DNA of 64,000 nt from Lama guanicoe. Taxonomy: Eukaryota. The position numbers and the translations under genes were made by a program. Below, piece after piece: positions 10,576 through 22,200 of this stretch. Where the stretch lies: positions 1,366,001 through 1,430,000 of the forward strand of contig MU053933.1 in assembly GCA_013239625.1 (NCBI GenBank), in the 5' to 3' direction. The notes beneath the pieces were generated by a model. It was not told where the DNA came from. It made no database searches and saw only the letters and a list, made by a program, of their open reading frames with translations. Numbering within the stretch: position 1 is the first letter of the stretch; each line of letters begins with the position of its first letter.

Positions 10576-13238
10576 TGGTTCAACATATGCAAATCCATCA
10601 ATGTAATACATCACATCAACAAGAGAAAGGACAAAAACCACATGATCATCTCAATAGATGCAGAAAAAGCATTTGATAAAATTCAACACCCATTTATGAT
10701 AAAAACTCTCACCAAAGTGGGTATAGAGGGAACATATCTCAACATAATGAAAGCTATATATGACAAACCTACAACCAGCATAGTACTCAACAGTGAAAAA
10801 CTCAAAAGCTTCCCACTACAATCTGGGACAAGACAAGGCTGCCCACCATCACCACTCCTATTCAACATCGTCTTGAAAATCCTAGCCACAGCAATCAGGC
10901 AAGAGAGAGAAATCAAAGGGATCCAAATTGGAAAAGAAGAAGTAAAAGTGTCACTATATGCTGACGACATGTTACCATATATAGAAAACCCTAAAAGGTC
11001 CACACAAAAGCTACTAGAGCTGATCGAAGAATTCAGCAAGGTAGCAGGTTACAAGATTAATGTTCAAAAATCAGTTGCATTTCTTTACACCAATGATGAG
11101 TCAACAGAAAAAGAAAGTAAAGAAACAATCCCCTTTAAAATAGCACCCAAAGTAATAAAATACATGGGAATAAATCTAACCAAGGAGGTGAAAGAATTAT
11201 ACACAGAAAACTATAAACCACTGATGAAGGAAATTAAAGAAGACTTTAAAAAATGGGACTGGAAGAATCAATATTGTTAAAATGGTCACACTGCCCAAGG
11301 CAATCTACAGATTTAATGCAATCCCTATCCAATTACCCAGGACATATTTCACAGAACTAGAACAAATCATAATAAAATTTATATGGAACCATCAAAGACC
11401 TAGAATTGCTAAAGCATTACTGAAGAGAAAGAAAGAGGCTGGAGGAATAACTCTCCCAGACTTCAGACAATACTATAGAGCTACAGTCATCAAGACAGCA
11501 TGGTATTGGTACCAAAACAGACATACAGACCAATGGAACAGAATAGAGAGCCCAGAAATGAACCTACAAACTTTTGGTCAACTCATCTTCGACAAAGGGG
11601 GCAAGAAATACAATGAAATAAAGACAGTCTCTTCAGCAAATGGTGTTGGGAAAACTGGACAGCAGCATGTAAAACAAGGGGGGAAGCTAGAACACTCCCT
11701 TACGCCATACACAAAAATCAACTCAAAATGGATCAAAGACTTAAACATAAGACAAGATACAATAAACCTTCTAGAGGAAAATATAGGCAAAACATTATCT
11801 GACATACATCTCAAAAATTTTCTCCTAGAAGAAATAAAAGCAAGAATAAACAAATGGGACAAACAACCCAAAAATGGGCAGAAGACCTAAACAAGCAATT
11901 CTCCAAGGAAGACATGCAAATGATCAATAGGCACATGAAAAAATGCTCAATATCACTAATGATCAGAGAAATGCAAATCAAATCAAAANNNNNNNNNNNN
12001 NNNNNNNNNNNNNNNNNNNNNNNNNNNNNNNNNNNNNNNNNNNNNNNNNNNNNNNNNNNNNNNNNNNNNNNNNNNNNNNNNNNNNNNNNNNNNNNNNNNN
12101 NNNNNNNNNNNNNNNNNNNNNNNNNNNNNNNNNNNNNNNNNNNNNNNNNNNNNNNNNNNNNNNNNNNNNNNNNNNNNNNNNNNNNNNNNNNNNNNNNNNN
12201 NNNNNNNNNNNNNNNNNNNNNNNNNNNNNNNNNNNNNNNNNNNNNNNNNNNNNNNNNNNNNNNNNNNNNNNNNNNNNNNNNNNNNNNNNNNNNNNNNNNN
12301 NNNNNNNNNNNNNNNNNNNNNNNNNNNNNNNNNNNNNNNNNNNNNNNNNNNNNNNNNNNNNNNNNNNNNNNNNNNNNNNNNNNNTGCTCAATATCACTAA
12401 TGATCAGAGAAATGCAAATCAAAACTATAATGAGGTAACATCTCACACCAGTCAGAATGGCCATCATTCAAAACTCCACAAATGACAAATGCTGGAGAGG
12501 CTGTGGAGAAAAGGGAACCCTCCTTCACTGCTGGTGGGAATGTGGTTTGATGCAGCCACTGTGGAAAACAGTGTGGAGATTCCTCAAAAGACTAGGAGTA
12601 GACTTACCGTATGACCCAGGAATCCCGCTCCTGGGCATATATCCAGAAGGAACCCTACTTCAGGATGACACCTGCACCCCAATGTTCATAGCAGCATTAT
12701 TTACAATAGCCAAGACATGGAAACAGCCTAAATGTCCATCAACAGATGACTGGATAAAGAAGAGGTGGTATGTTTACACAATGGAATACTACTCAGCCAT
12801 AAAAACCGACTACATAACGCCATTTGCAGCAACATGGGTGCTCCTGGAGAATGTCATTCTAAGTGAAGTAAGCCAGAAAGAGAAAGAAAAACACCATATG
12901 AGATCGCTCATATGTGGAATCTAAAAAAAAAAAAAACCACGAACAAAGCATAAATACAAAACAGAAATAGACTCACAGACATAGAATACAAACTTGTGGT
13001 TGCCAAGGGGGCGGAAGGTGGGAAGGGATAGACTGGGATTTCAAAACTGTAGAATAGATAAACAAGATTATACTGTAAAGCACAGGGAAATATATACAAG
13101 ATCTTATGGTAGCTCACAGAGAAAAAAATGTGACAATGAATATACACATGTTCACTTATAACTGAAAAATTGTGCCCTACACTGGAATTTGACACAACAT
13201 TGTAAAATGATTATAAATCAATAAAAAAAAGTTTAAAA
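10576..13238 (+). mobile_element. Young 5'-truncated LINE-1 (RT domain, C-terminal CCHC, 3' UTR, poly-A), disrupted ORF2
   Basis: ORF2 motifs [29 protein letters not shown] and [24 protein letters not shown] at 13220-13225; 15-bp TSD AAAAGTTTCTTTCCT at 10561-10575 and 13239-13253; frameshifts near 11260 and 11610. Confidence 0.96.
11989..12384. other. Assembly gap (396 N) inside an L1
   Basis: N run. Confidence 1.
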
Positions 13239-15172
13239 AAAAGTTTCTTTCCTGATGATGTCAAGCGTGTTTTTAGCATAATCAGATTTCGGAAAACCTC
13301 TGCCTAGGTGTTCTGTTCTGTTTTCATACCAGCTGTCTGATTTGGAGGAACATTCCACAGGCGAGCTCTGGCTGTGGTCCCAGAACCGGTTTCTCCTGTC
13401 CTGTGTGCACACTCCCAGGACCACGACCCGCTGGACGTGCTGGGGTCCAGACCTGACCTCTGACCTCACAGCCTGTGTGTCACGGCCTCTGAGGCAGGGG
13501 CGGCAGGCCATCTGTGCTCCGGATGGTGAAGACTTAGGTGCACCCAGAGGCAGCCAAAGATCATCAGTGCAGACACCTCACTGCACCCCAGCTAGATGTG
13601 GCCCCAGCACTCTGTCCTCACCTGCCTGGGGCCTCCTCCAAGGGGACGTACCTGGGGGCAGGGAGGGGTCCAGAGTGGAGGAGCGGGGCTACAGCTGGTT
13701 ATAGTGGAGTACTTCACTTTTGCAAAGTTTATGCCAACTCAAGAGGGCCCGGGGTCCGCGCTTCCCCTGTGCGAGGCCCTGCCTTCTCGGAGGCCTGAGC
13801 CTGCATTTGGAGGCCTGTGGCTCCCTGAGCATCGCCCAGAAACAGCATGTGCAGAGAAGAGAGGGCTCACTGGATGGGGGGACAGGCCTGGGGGAACGAC
13901 CCCCAGGGGACAAAGGCTTTGGTCTCTTCAGGCCCTCAGTGGATTTTCCTCCCAGGTCTTCGAGAAAGTCCAGCCCAGGTCTGCAGGTGGCGCGTAGTAG
14001 GTGGCGCGGGGCAGTGGACGGAAGCAGCCCTGTGTCCCTCCTGTCCGCTCCCCAGCCTCCCTCAAATGAGGTTGACAGTCACCCGCACAGAGTGCAGGAG
14101 GCTTCCCCTGGAGAGCAGTGTCCACACCCGCAGCAGCGTGAGCAGGCGGAGATGTGCGCAGGCACTGAGTGAAGCAACAGCCTTGAGAAAGAGCCTGGGG
14201 CCAGGGCTGTGTGGCCAGCCTTCACGGGCCGAGGTCTGGGCCAGAAAGGAGGGGCCGAGGCGGGGTTCCCGAGTGCGCAGGGAGGGAAGACAGGTGAGGG
14301 CACCCAGCGCTCTGCCCTCACCCTCCTGAAGGCTGGTGGCTCACGGCCTTGAGACGTGGGAGGCCTGCCAGGCAGCAGCGGGGCGGGTGACGGGGGCCGG
14401 GCAGAGGGGCCCGGGGCTTCCTTCCCTCATCCCCGTGACTGTCTGCGCCGGGCGGGGGCTGAGGAAGGAGGAGCGGCCAGGACGCGCCTCCGCTTCCAGA
14501 ACAGCAGGTTGCGGGTGGAGGGCCAGGCCTTCGTCAGTCACAACAGGAGAAGTTATGCTGATGTAACAAGCAGCCCCAAGGTCTCAGAGGCTGAAGGCCT
14601 CCTGATTTATTTCTCACTTGCAGGAGCACCTATCACAGTGGACACTCGTGGAACCTGCGGTTACCATTGCAGGAGATGGAAGGAGACCTGGAGATAAGGT
14701 GCAGGGCCCTAAAGGCCACCCTCAATGTCCTATGTCACCCAGCTCACCTCCACTGGCCAGAAGAGTCTCACAGCCACGACGGAAGGGCACACACTCCTGC
14801 CTTGTGGACACAGGCTGGGAGCAGCTCTGGGACGGCCGCTCCTGGGGCTGGAGGGGATACAGCTGGGAGGGGGCAACGCAAGTCAGTTTGGGGCCCAGGG
14901 GGTGAGGCACTGAGAGAACCAACCTCACCAAGGCCCATCTGAGCCATGGATCCCCTGGTCTGGGGGTGATGGCACCCACAGAGGGGAACAAGTCCCAGAG
15001 GGGCTGACTCCTGGCCCCGACAGCCACAACCACATGGAGGGGGAGCTCCAATCAGAATAAAGAGCAGAAGGTGCCCTCCCCAGGGCCAGGGCTCGCCATG
15101 TGTCCTCCTCCTACTGGGTGCCACAGGGAGAGAAGTAATTCCGGGGATCTCTTTACTGGGGTTTAAGGCCAG

Positions 15173-15363
15173 TTTTTTTTGAAGTATAGTTGATTTACAA
15201 TGTGGTACTAGTTTCAGGTGTACAACGAAGTGATTCAGTTATACATAATACATATTTTTCAGATTCTCTTCCTTTGTAGGTTATTTCAAGATATCGAACA
15301 GAGTTCCCTGTGCTGCACAGCAGGTCCTTGTTTATCTGTTTTGTATATAGCAGTGTGTGCATG
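15173..15363 (-). mobile_element. Short L1 3' end (artiodactyl-type)
   Basis: Poly-T then gaagtatagttgatttacaatgt...ttcaggtgtacaac...gttccctgtgct. Confidence 0.85.
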
Positions 15364-17689
15364 AAGGCTGGTTTTGAAACAGCCGTCTACCTGGTGATCT
15401 GGGAAATAGCTGCTTTCCTCGTGTGGCAGCGACTGCACACACTTCATGTCCATCCTGAGGCCTGGGGAGCAGAGTCTGGGCTGCCCTTCCCTACCCCACT
15501 CCAGCTCCTTAAACTGCTCCCAGCCCCCCACCACCACCCTAGGACCTCTCCCCTCACTCACACACCCTCTCCTGCCTCACATGCTTCTCCCCTTCTTCAT
15601 CTGACAAGTATTACGAGTTCTTCCAGACACCTTGCTGATGTCACCTCCTCCAAGAAGCCTGCTGAGCCTGCTCTGTCAGGCTCATTTCATTATCTTCCAC
15701 CATAGCCCCTGGCAGGCTGGGCTGTGCCACTATGGTTCCCCCTGTACCCCCATGGCCTCCCGCAGCCCAGGGCCAGGCTTGTCCCACTGACCTCGAATTC
15801 CCAGACCTGGCTCATGTCCTCCAGCAAGGGGTCACCATGAGGAGATCCAGCAGAGCTCCACGCAGGGATGAGACCTGTGACAACCGATGAGGCCAATGTA
15901 GAGACGTGGGGCCTCTTAGACACCAAGCCCCTGGCAGCAAGCCCAGCCTCTGGCAAGGCCTCCGGGGGCTGGTACTAGGGGAGGGTGGACAGGGGCAGGA
16001 GGTAGCCTAGGAGGGAGCTGTTTCCATGGTGACAGTGGCCCCTCTGGCTCTGGGGACATCCCAGAGCTGGGGGCCAGGGCGGAGTGCTGTGTGCAGGTTC
16101 TGGGGGAGTCAAGCCTCCCCTTTCTTCCTTGTTAGCTGATTCCCAATGCAGACCTCCGATGCTGGGCTGCTAAGGTGACCAACCCTGGAACTTCTTACCG
16201 CAAGCTTGTCAACTGAACCAGGCTGAGTTAAATACCCTGTTGTTGGCAGCCCCAGGCATTCGAATGGACACAGCATGTTAGAAGGTACTTGTAACGCATT
16301 GTGATGGGAGCTCCGACATGGACACCATGAGAGGTCAAGGCAGGAAGCTCCCCCTCTGGCAGCTAGCTGTGGCCCCAGTATCTCCTCCTCAGTGGGCGTG
16401 AAAGTGACACGCACGTGGCCAGGCTTCTCTGGTCCTCTCCATTTCCTGAGATGTGTTCTGGAATTTCCAGACTATATTCACTGAGAGGCTCAGTGTCTTA
16501 GGCTGGTGTTTATCCCACTGATTGAGGGTTTGGTGTCCACGCTGTCATCCCTGGTGGCTTACCACGTGGCAGAACTACACTGGGTGTTTCCTTATGTTAA
16601 CTCTGTTCTCCCCACTTGACAGAAGAGGAGAGGTGGGCTGCAAGGAGAGGACGAGACCACTCAGGCCACACAATGGGGAACTGCATTCTGTCTGCCACCT
16701 GACACCCAGGGACTAAGCCTGTTTCTAGAAACCCTCTGAAAGAGTCTCTCTTCTGTTCTCCTGGTCTCCATTCAGACCTGCGCACCCTCGTTTCATGGCC
16801 CCTGTCAGTTTTGGATGGGCTTCCTCCTTCCCTTTGCCTCTCTGGGGACCTGAGTCATGGGTGCAGACACAGCCAGTCAGGTTGCCTGCTCGCTCTGTTT
16901 CCTTGACAGCAAATAGAGCAAGTGATCCATCAGTGGTTTTGCTCCAGCACTTTGGAAACATTGTGTGTTGTGGCAGGGAGGTGGGGGGAGGTTGAAGGGA
17001 GTTTCATTTTCTCTTTCTCCCCGTGTGTTAGTTTCCATGGCTGCGATAACGAAGTGTATCATTGTCTTCATCATCGTCGTCATCTCCATCATCCCAGAGC
17101 TGAGATGGTAAGAGCCTGGATTCAGGTTCTGGCAGCAAAATGGAGGGAAAAAGGGACACAGTTGAAAGACATTATGACAGAATCATATATAGACTTAGAG
17201 AGGAAATAAATGCTGCGGAGAAAAAAGAAAAAGAGAGGTGGTGATGGCCACGCATGTGGTCCCCAGAATAGGTGACTGGGGAAAAGAGAGGCTTCAGAGG
17301 CAGCATCGCAGAGGTTGGCAGCCTGGGAGTATGGGGCCGGGATGAGCAGGGCATGTGAATGTGGGCAAAGGAGGCTGGAGCCACAGGGGTGACTGAGGGA
17401 CCAGGATGCGGAAGCACGGAGGGCCAGGGACAGGCTCCGACCTCAAAGTTAGACTTTGAGGATTTGAGTCAGAAGAAGTCAGAAAAAGAGGAGCCAGGCA
17501 GGAAAACCAGGGGAGGAGGTCTGGAGTTTTGTTCTCCTGGTGTTTGTGGTCAATATTGTTTTGCTGGTGTTTTTATGATAAAGAAAGCCTTCCCCTGAGT
17601 GGACTGAGTAACCAGCCACCACTTAGCTGCCTCACGGAGCAAAGACTGGGCCTTCCCTTGGGAAAGTAATATTCACTCCGATGCCTGCA

Positions 17690-19095
17690 GTTCTTTTAAA
17701 CACAATGTGCAGAAGACGATCAAAAATTACAAGACATGAGAAAAATTAGAAAAAGGTAACCCTTCATCAAGAGGAGAAATTTGGTGACAGAAGCAGACTT
17801 GCACACAACCCAGCTGTGAGAGTCATTGAATAATGACTTTAAAACAGCTACTGAAAGTATATTAAAGATTTCAGAGGAATATATAAAACAAATTAAGAGT
17901 TAGAGAATTTCAACAGAGAAGTGGAAACTATGAAAGAGAACCAGTGGGCATCCTACACCGAGAGCTCAGAGATGGAACCAAAGGAGCGGTTGCACGGGCC
18001 TCACAGCAGAGAAAGGACAGTAAGACAAAGAGAAACACACCAGGTTTGTGCTTCAGTGAGCAAGACTAGTGAATACAGGGCCATCACATCACATGACTCC
18101 AAACAATACGTTTTGGGCAAGCACAGGTCAATAGAGATTATCCAAAGAGAAGCATGGAGAGAAAAAAAATGAAAAAAAAAAAGACCAGACTATTAGAGAG
18201 GCATGTGAGGTAAAAACAAATAGTCTGTCACACACACATACATGTAATGGGAGCCCCAGAGGGAGACGAGAGGATGAGACAGAATAAATATTTCAAGAGT
18301 TGATGGCTGCGAATTTTTCAAAATTGATAAAAAGACACCACCCCACAGATGTAAGGAGCCTAGCGAAACCTGAAGAGGATAAAGACAAAGGAGGCCACCC
18401 CCAGGCACATCGTAGTGAAGTTGCCAAAAACTAAAGGTGCAGAGAAAACCCTAGAAGCAGCCAGAGGAAAGCGACACGTCGCCTCTGGAGGAACTGTAAT
18501 CAAAATGACGAGTGCCTTCTGGTTAGGAATGATGAGAGCCAGAGACAATTAACCCAGCTTCAGAGTGCTGATGGAGGGGACTTCCAGCCCAGGATTCCAC
18601 ACCCGTGACCACATCCTTCCAAAATGAGTGCAAAACAAACATACTTTCAGACAAGCACAAACTGAAAGAGTTTACCACCAGCCAACCTACACAACAAAAA
18701 TAGGACCAGAAGAAGTCCTTCAGGCTCAAGGAAAGTGATCCCAGATGTGAGCATAGACATGCAGAAAAAAAGAGAGGGTACCAGAAAAGTCCAGAAAGGA
18801 GGAAGAAAGGATGAAAGAGGAGGTGGGACAAACGGGGAAATGGCAGCAGATGGGAGACTTGAGCCAACTGCAGCAACTCATTACATTACATGTAAATGGA
18901 CTAAATATTCCACTGAAAGGGCAGAGCTTATCTGACTGTATAAGGAAATCATGAGTCTACCACATGCTGTTACCAAGAGACACAGTTAAAATATCAGGAC
19001 ACAAATAGATCAATAAGTGTTTTTAAAAGGGAGAGAGGAGCCAGGCAGACTAACCATGAGAAAGCCATTGAAGCTGTGTTAATATAAAACAAAAT
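17690..19095 (+). mobile_element. Old L1M fragment (ORF1 region to start of ORF2), decayed
   Basis: A-rich; ttcaacagagaagtggaaactatgaaa, aggtcaatagagattatccaa, attacatgtaaatggactaaatattcca and catgctgttaccaagagacaca. Confidence 0.75.
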
Positions 19096-21136
19096 GGATG
19101 GGTCCCCTTCCTCCTCTCCCAGCTTTGCCAGGGGCTTTCTGGCCCCAGGCCTGCTCTCTCGCCATGGACAGGCCCGCTGGGGGAACTGCAGGCCAGGAGC
19201 CGGCTCCTCTCCAGGACAAGCAGTGGCCTGGCGCCCTGACAGCTGGCCCCTGGCCCCACATGCAGACTGTCTTCTGTCCGGTGGGAGGTATTCTCTGGAC
19301 AACCCTGAGCCAGGTCAGCCGTGCAGGACAGACAGCAGAAAGCTGGGGAGGGCAGCCCCTGGGGACCTCACAGGCTCAGCCCGCCGCAGGCACCGGGGTG
19401 CTTGTCTGTTGCCGCGTCCTCATGGAGACCGCTCTCCTGCCCGCGTGCTGCCTTTCCGTCCGCGGCCTGGGCTGTCCCAGGACTAGGGTTGGGAATAACA
19501 CTGCAGGGGCAATGGGGAGAAAAGGCCTCTGCACTCTGCACGTCTGGGGTCAGGTCTGTTTACGGACCTGCTTCCAAACACACTATTCATGCCGACACCC
19601 TAAATGTGCTTCAGGGAGACATGGGTACCAGAGAGCAGGGCAGAGACAGGTTCTTACATCACTGACAGAGGCAAAAGCTTCAAACCAGGCAGGGCTGTCC
19701 TGCCCTAGAGGAGTCCAGCCCAGGGCTGGGGGAGCAGAGCCACCTGGGATGAGAGGCCACTGTGGCTGTGCTGTCCTTCTTGGAGGACCTGCCCCAACCC
19801 TCCGGCCTTTTCTGCCCCGGAAGCCCCCAGTGGTCCCCAGCACTGCCCTGTCATTGCCCAGGGTAGCGACCAGCCCAGGACAAGCAGGTTTCTGGTGGCC
19901 ACTCTGTGTCCCTTAGGGCTGCCCTCTGCCCTCTTGGCCAGGCCCCTCACGCGGACTGCTCACAGGTCCTGGCACTGGCTCCAGGGAGGGGCAAGACCAC
20001 CGGTGCCCACCCCGGGGGCTCAGCCCTGCAGGAGACGGCCCTGTGCAAGTAGCCAAGGGTCCCGGGCCCTCGTGGGCCCCGGCCTTGCTCACAGGCCCCA
20101 CTCCGCCCCGTGTGCCGTGTGACTCCAGGATGGAAATCAGACACTTGCCCAGAGCTTACGCAGGGGGATTCCAAAAACTCACTGACCAAAATCAGTGCTG
20201 ACTGAGGGCAACGTTTTTAAAAATCAAAATGAGTGCAAAATTCATAAGGAACAAAACATCAAACGTTTAAACAAAGGCAGCCTCTAGCCCCAGCCCAGGG
20301 CACCCGAGGGCCGGCTGGCGTGGCCCCGGGTTCCACAGGACCCAGGCCAGGTGTGCGAGCGGGACGTCAGGGGCGCCCAGGCTGGGCCGGGGAACCCCGG
20401 CCAGGAAGAGCCTGGCCTCCTGCGCTTCCTGCGGCAGGAAAGCAATATTCCGGGGATGCGCTGAGGAAATCCCTGCTCCGGGGAATTTCCCAGAGTGCAG
20501 CACGAATCCGTCCTGCACACGGGGCTGGGGGTGGGGCCAGGGCATCCCGGGAGCGACCAGGCCCCTCCCTCCCGGGGAATGCGGCTCCTGGGCCCCGAAG
20601 ACCGAGCTTCCCGCACACAGAGGTGAGGCTGAGTGGGCGACCGTTGCCCTGGGCAGCACTTCCTAACACGCCAGCCCATAAATGATGACTGGTGGAGCGT
20701 CTTGACCCCCAGTGAAAAGAGAACTGAAAGCGTTTGCATCTGCCTGCATTCTGTTAAGTCCCAGTCACCGGTGCCACTTAGGATAAATCTGAGGGGAAAG
20801 TGAGTGCTGCTTCCAGATTCCTCCAACTGGGAAAGACTGGGGAAGGTCCCCCCTGAGGGCAGGGGGCCATGCCTTGACTGGAGGGGAGAAAGTTTCCAGT
20901 TGTGGGCTGGACAGGAAATAGAGGTTACAGTCAAACTGGGACGTTTGAGGAGGTTGAATAAAGGGACAATTTGCAAGCATGTAGACAGGCCTTTGGAAGC
21001 GAGGCAGGGATGCACGGTGCCCTGGGGGTAGCAGGGGAGGGGCCGTGTCCGCCCCTGGACCTGAGAGAGGGGAGCAGCAGGGACTGGCCTATGAGCCCTG
21101 CAGCCACAGTGCTGGGGAAGCCCCAGGAGGGCAGAA

Positions 21137-21137
<1 letters not shown>

Positions 21138-21170
<33 letters not shown>

Positions 21171-21614
21171 GCCCCCCACAGCCACACACATCCACACACA
21201 CACAACCACATCCACACACATCCAAACACACACACACACCCCCACATACACACCACATCCACACACACAAACATCCACACACACACCCCACATCCACACA
21301 CACACACAAAACCACATACATACACACGCATCCACACACACCCCACATACACACACACACACATCCACACACCCCATATCACACATCCACACACACACAT
21401 AACCACATACACACACATACACATACACACACACACAAAACCATGTACACACTCATCCACATCCATGCACATCCCACGTCCACACATATCCAAACACACA
21501 CACATCCACACACACACCCCCCACATACACACCACATCCAAACACACACACATCCACACACACACCCCACATCACACATCCACACACACACACATAACCA
21601 CATACACACACATC

Positions 21615-21647
<33 letters not shown>
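21138..21647 (+). repeat. Compound (CA)n-rich microsatellite with CATC/CATA variants
   Basis: ~510 bp of CA-based repeat, directly visible. Confidence 0.98.
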
Positions 21648-21649
<2 letters not shown>

Positions 21650-21654
21650 GTGAG

Positions 21655-22065
21655 AGGAGTTACTACTGCTGTGTAACAGTTACCCAACGGTAGCAGTTTA
21701 AAACCGAAAACCTTTATTATCTTAGTTTCTGGGGCTCAGGGATTTGGGAGGCGCCCAGCTGCATAGTTCTGACCCAGGGTTAGTGGTGAGGTTGCAGCCA
21801 GGGTGTCCACCAGGATTGCATCACCTGAAGGTGTGACTAGGATAGGAAAGCCTGCTCACGTGGCTGCAGGCGGGAGGCCTCGGATCCTCACCAATGGCCC
21901 ACTCCAGAGCAGCTGGCCTCCCCGAGAGCGAGGGCCCCCAGAGAGCAAGGTGAAAACCACTGTGTCCTTGGTGACCTTGTCTTGGATGTCACTTACCGTC
22001 TCAGATACGGTGTGGGAGGGGACAACACTAGGGCATGGGTACCAGAGGATGAAGGCACTGTACTC
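21655..22065 (-). mobile_element. MaLR LTR (older MLT1 subfamily)
   Basis: ctgctgtgtaacagttaccca...tttattatcttagtttctggggctcaggga...gaggttgcagcca. Confidence 0.7.
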
Positions 22066-22090
22066 TAGCCTGCAAGCTAGATATTTGACT

Positions 22091-22200
22091 ATTTTTAAAT
22101 TTTTGTTTTATTTTATTATGTTCTTAATGGCAGCACTGGGGACTGAACCCAGGACCTCATGCATGCCGAGCATGTGCTCTACCTACCATACCCTCCCCTT
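22091..22200 (-). mobile_element. tRNA-derived SINE (Vic-1-like)
   Basis: Minus strand ggggagggtatggtag...agagcacatgctcggcatgcatgaggtcctgggttcagtccccag plus A tail; imperfect TSD tagatatttga (22078-22088) and tagatacttga (22201-22211). Confidence 0.8.

Noticed and set aside
10642..12924. Reverse transcriptase ORFs as a functional gene or retroelement system
   Set aside because: Ordinary 5'-truncated L1 ORF2 with frameshifts and a stop; no promoter, ORF1 or endonuclease
20284..21687. C/V-rich and H/T-rich ORFs
   Set aside because: Translations of the CA repeat
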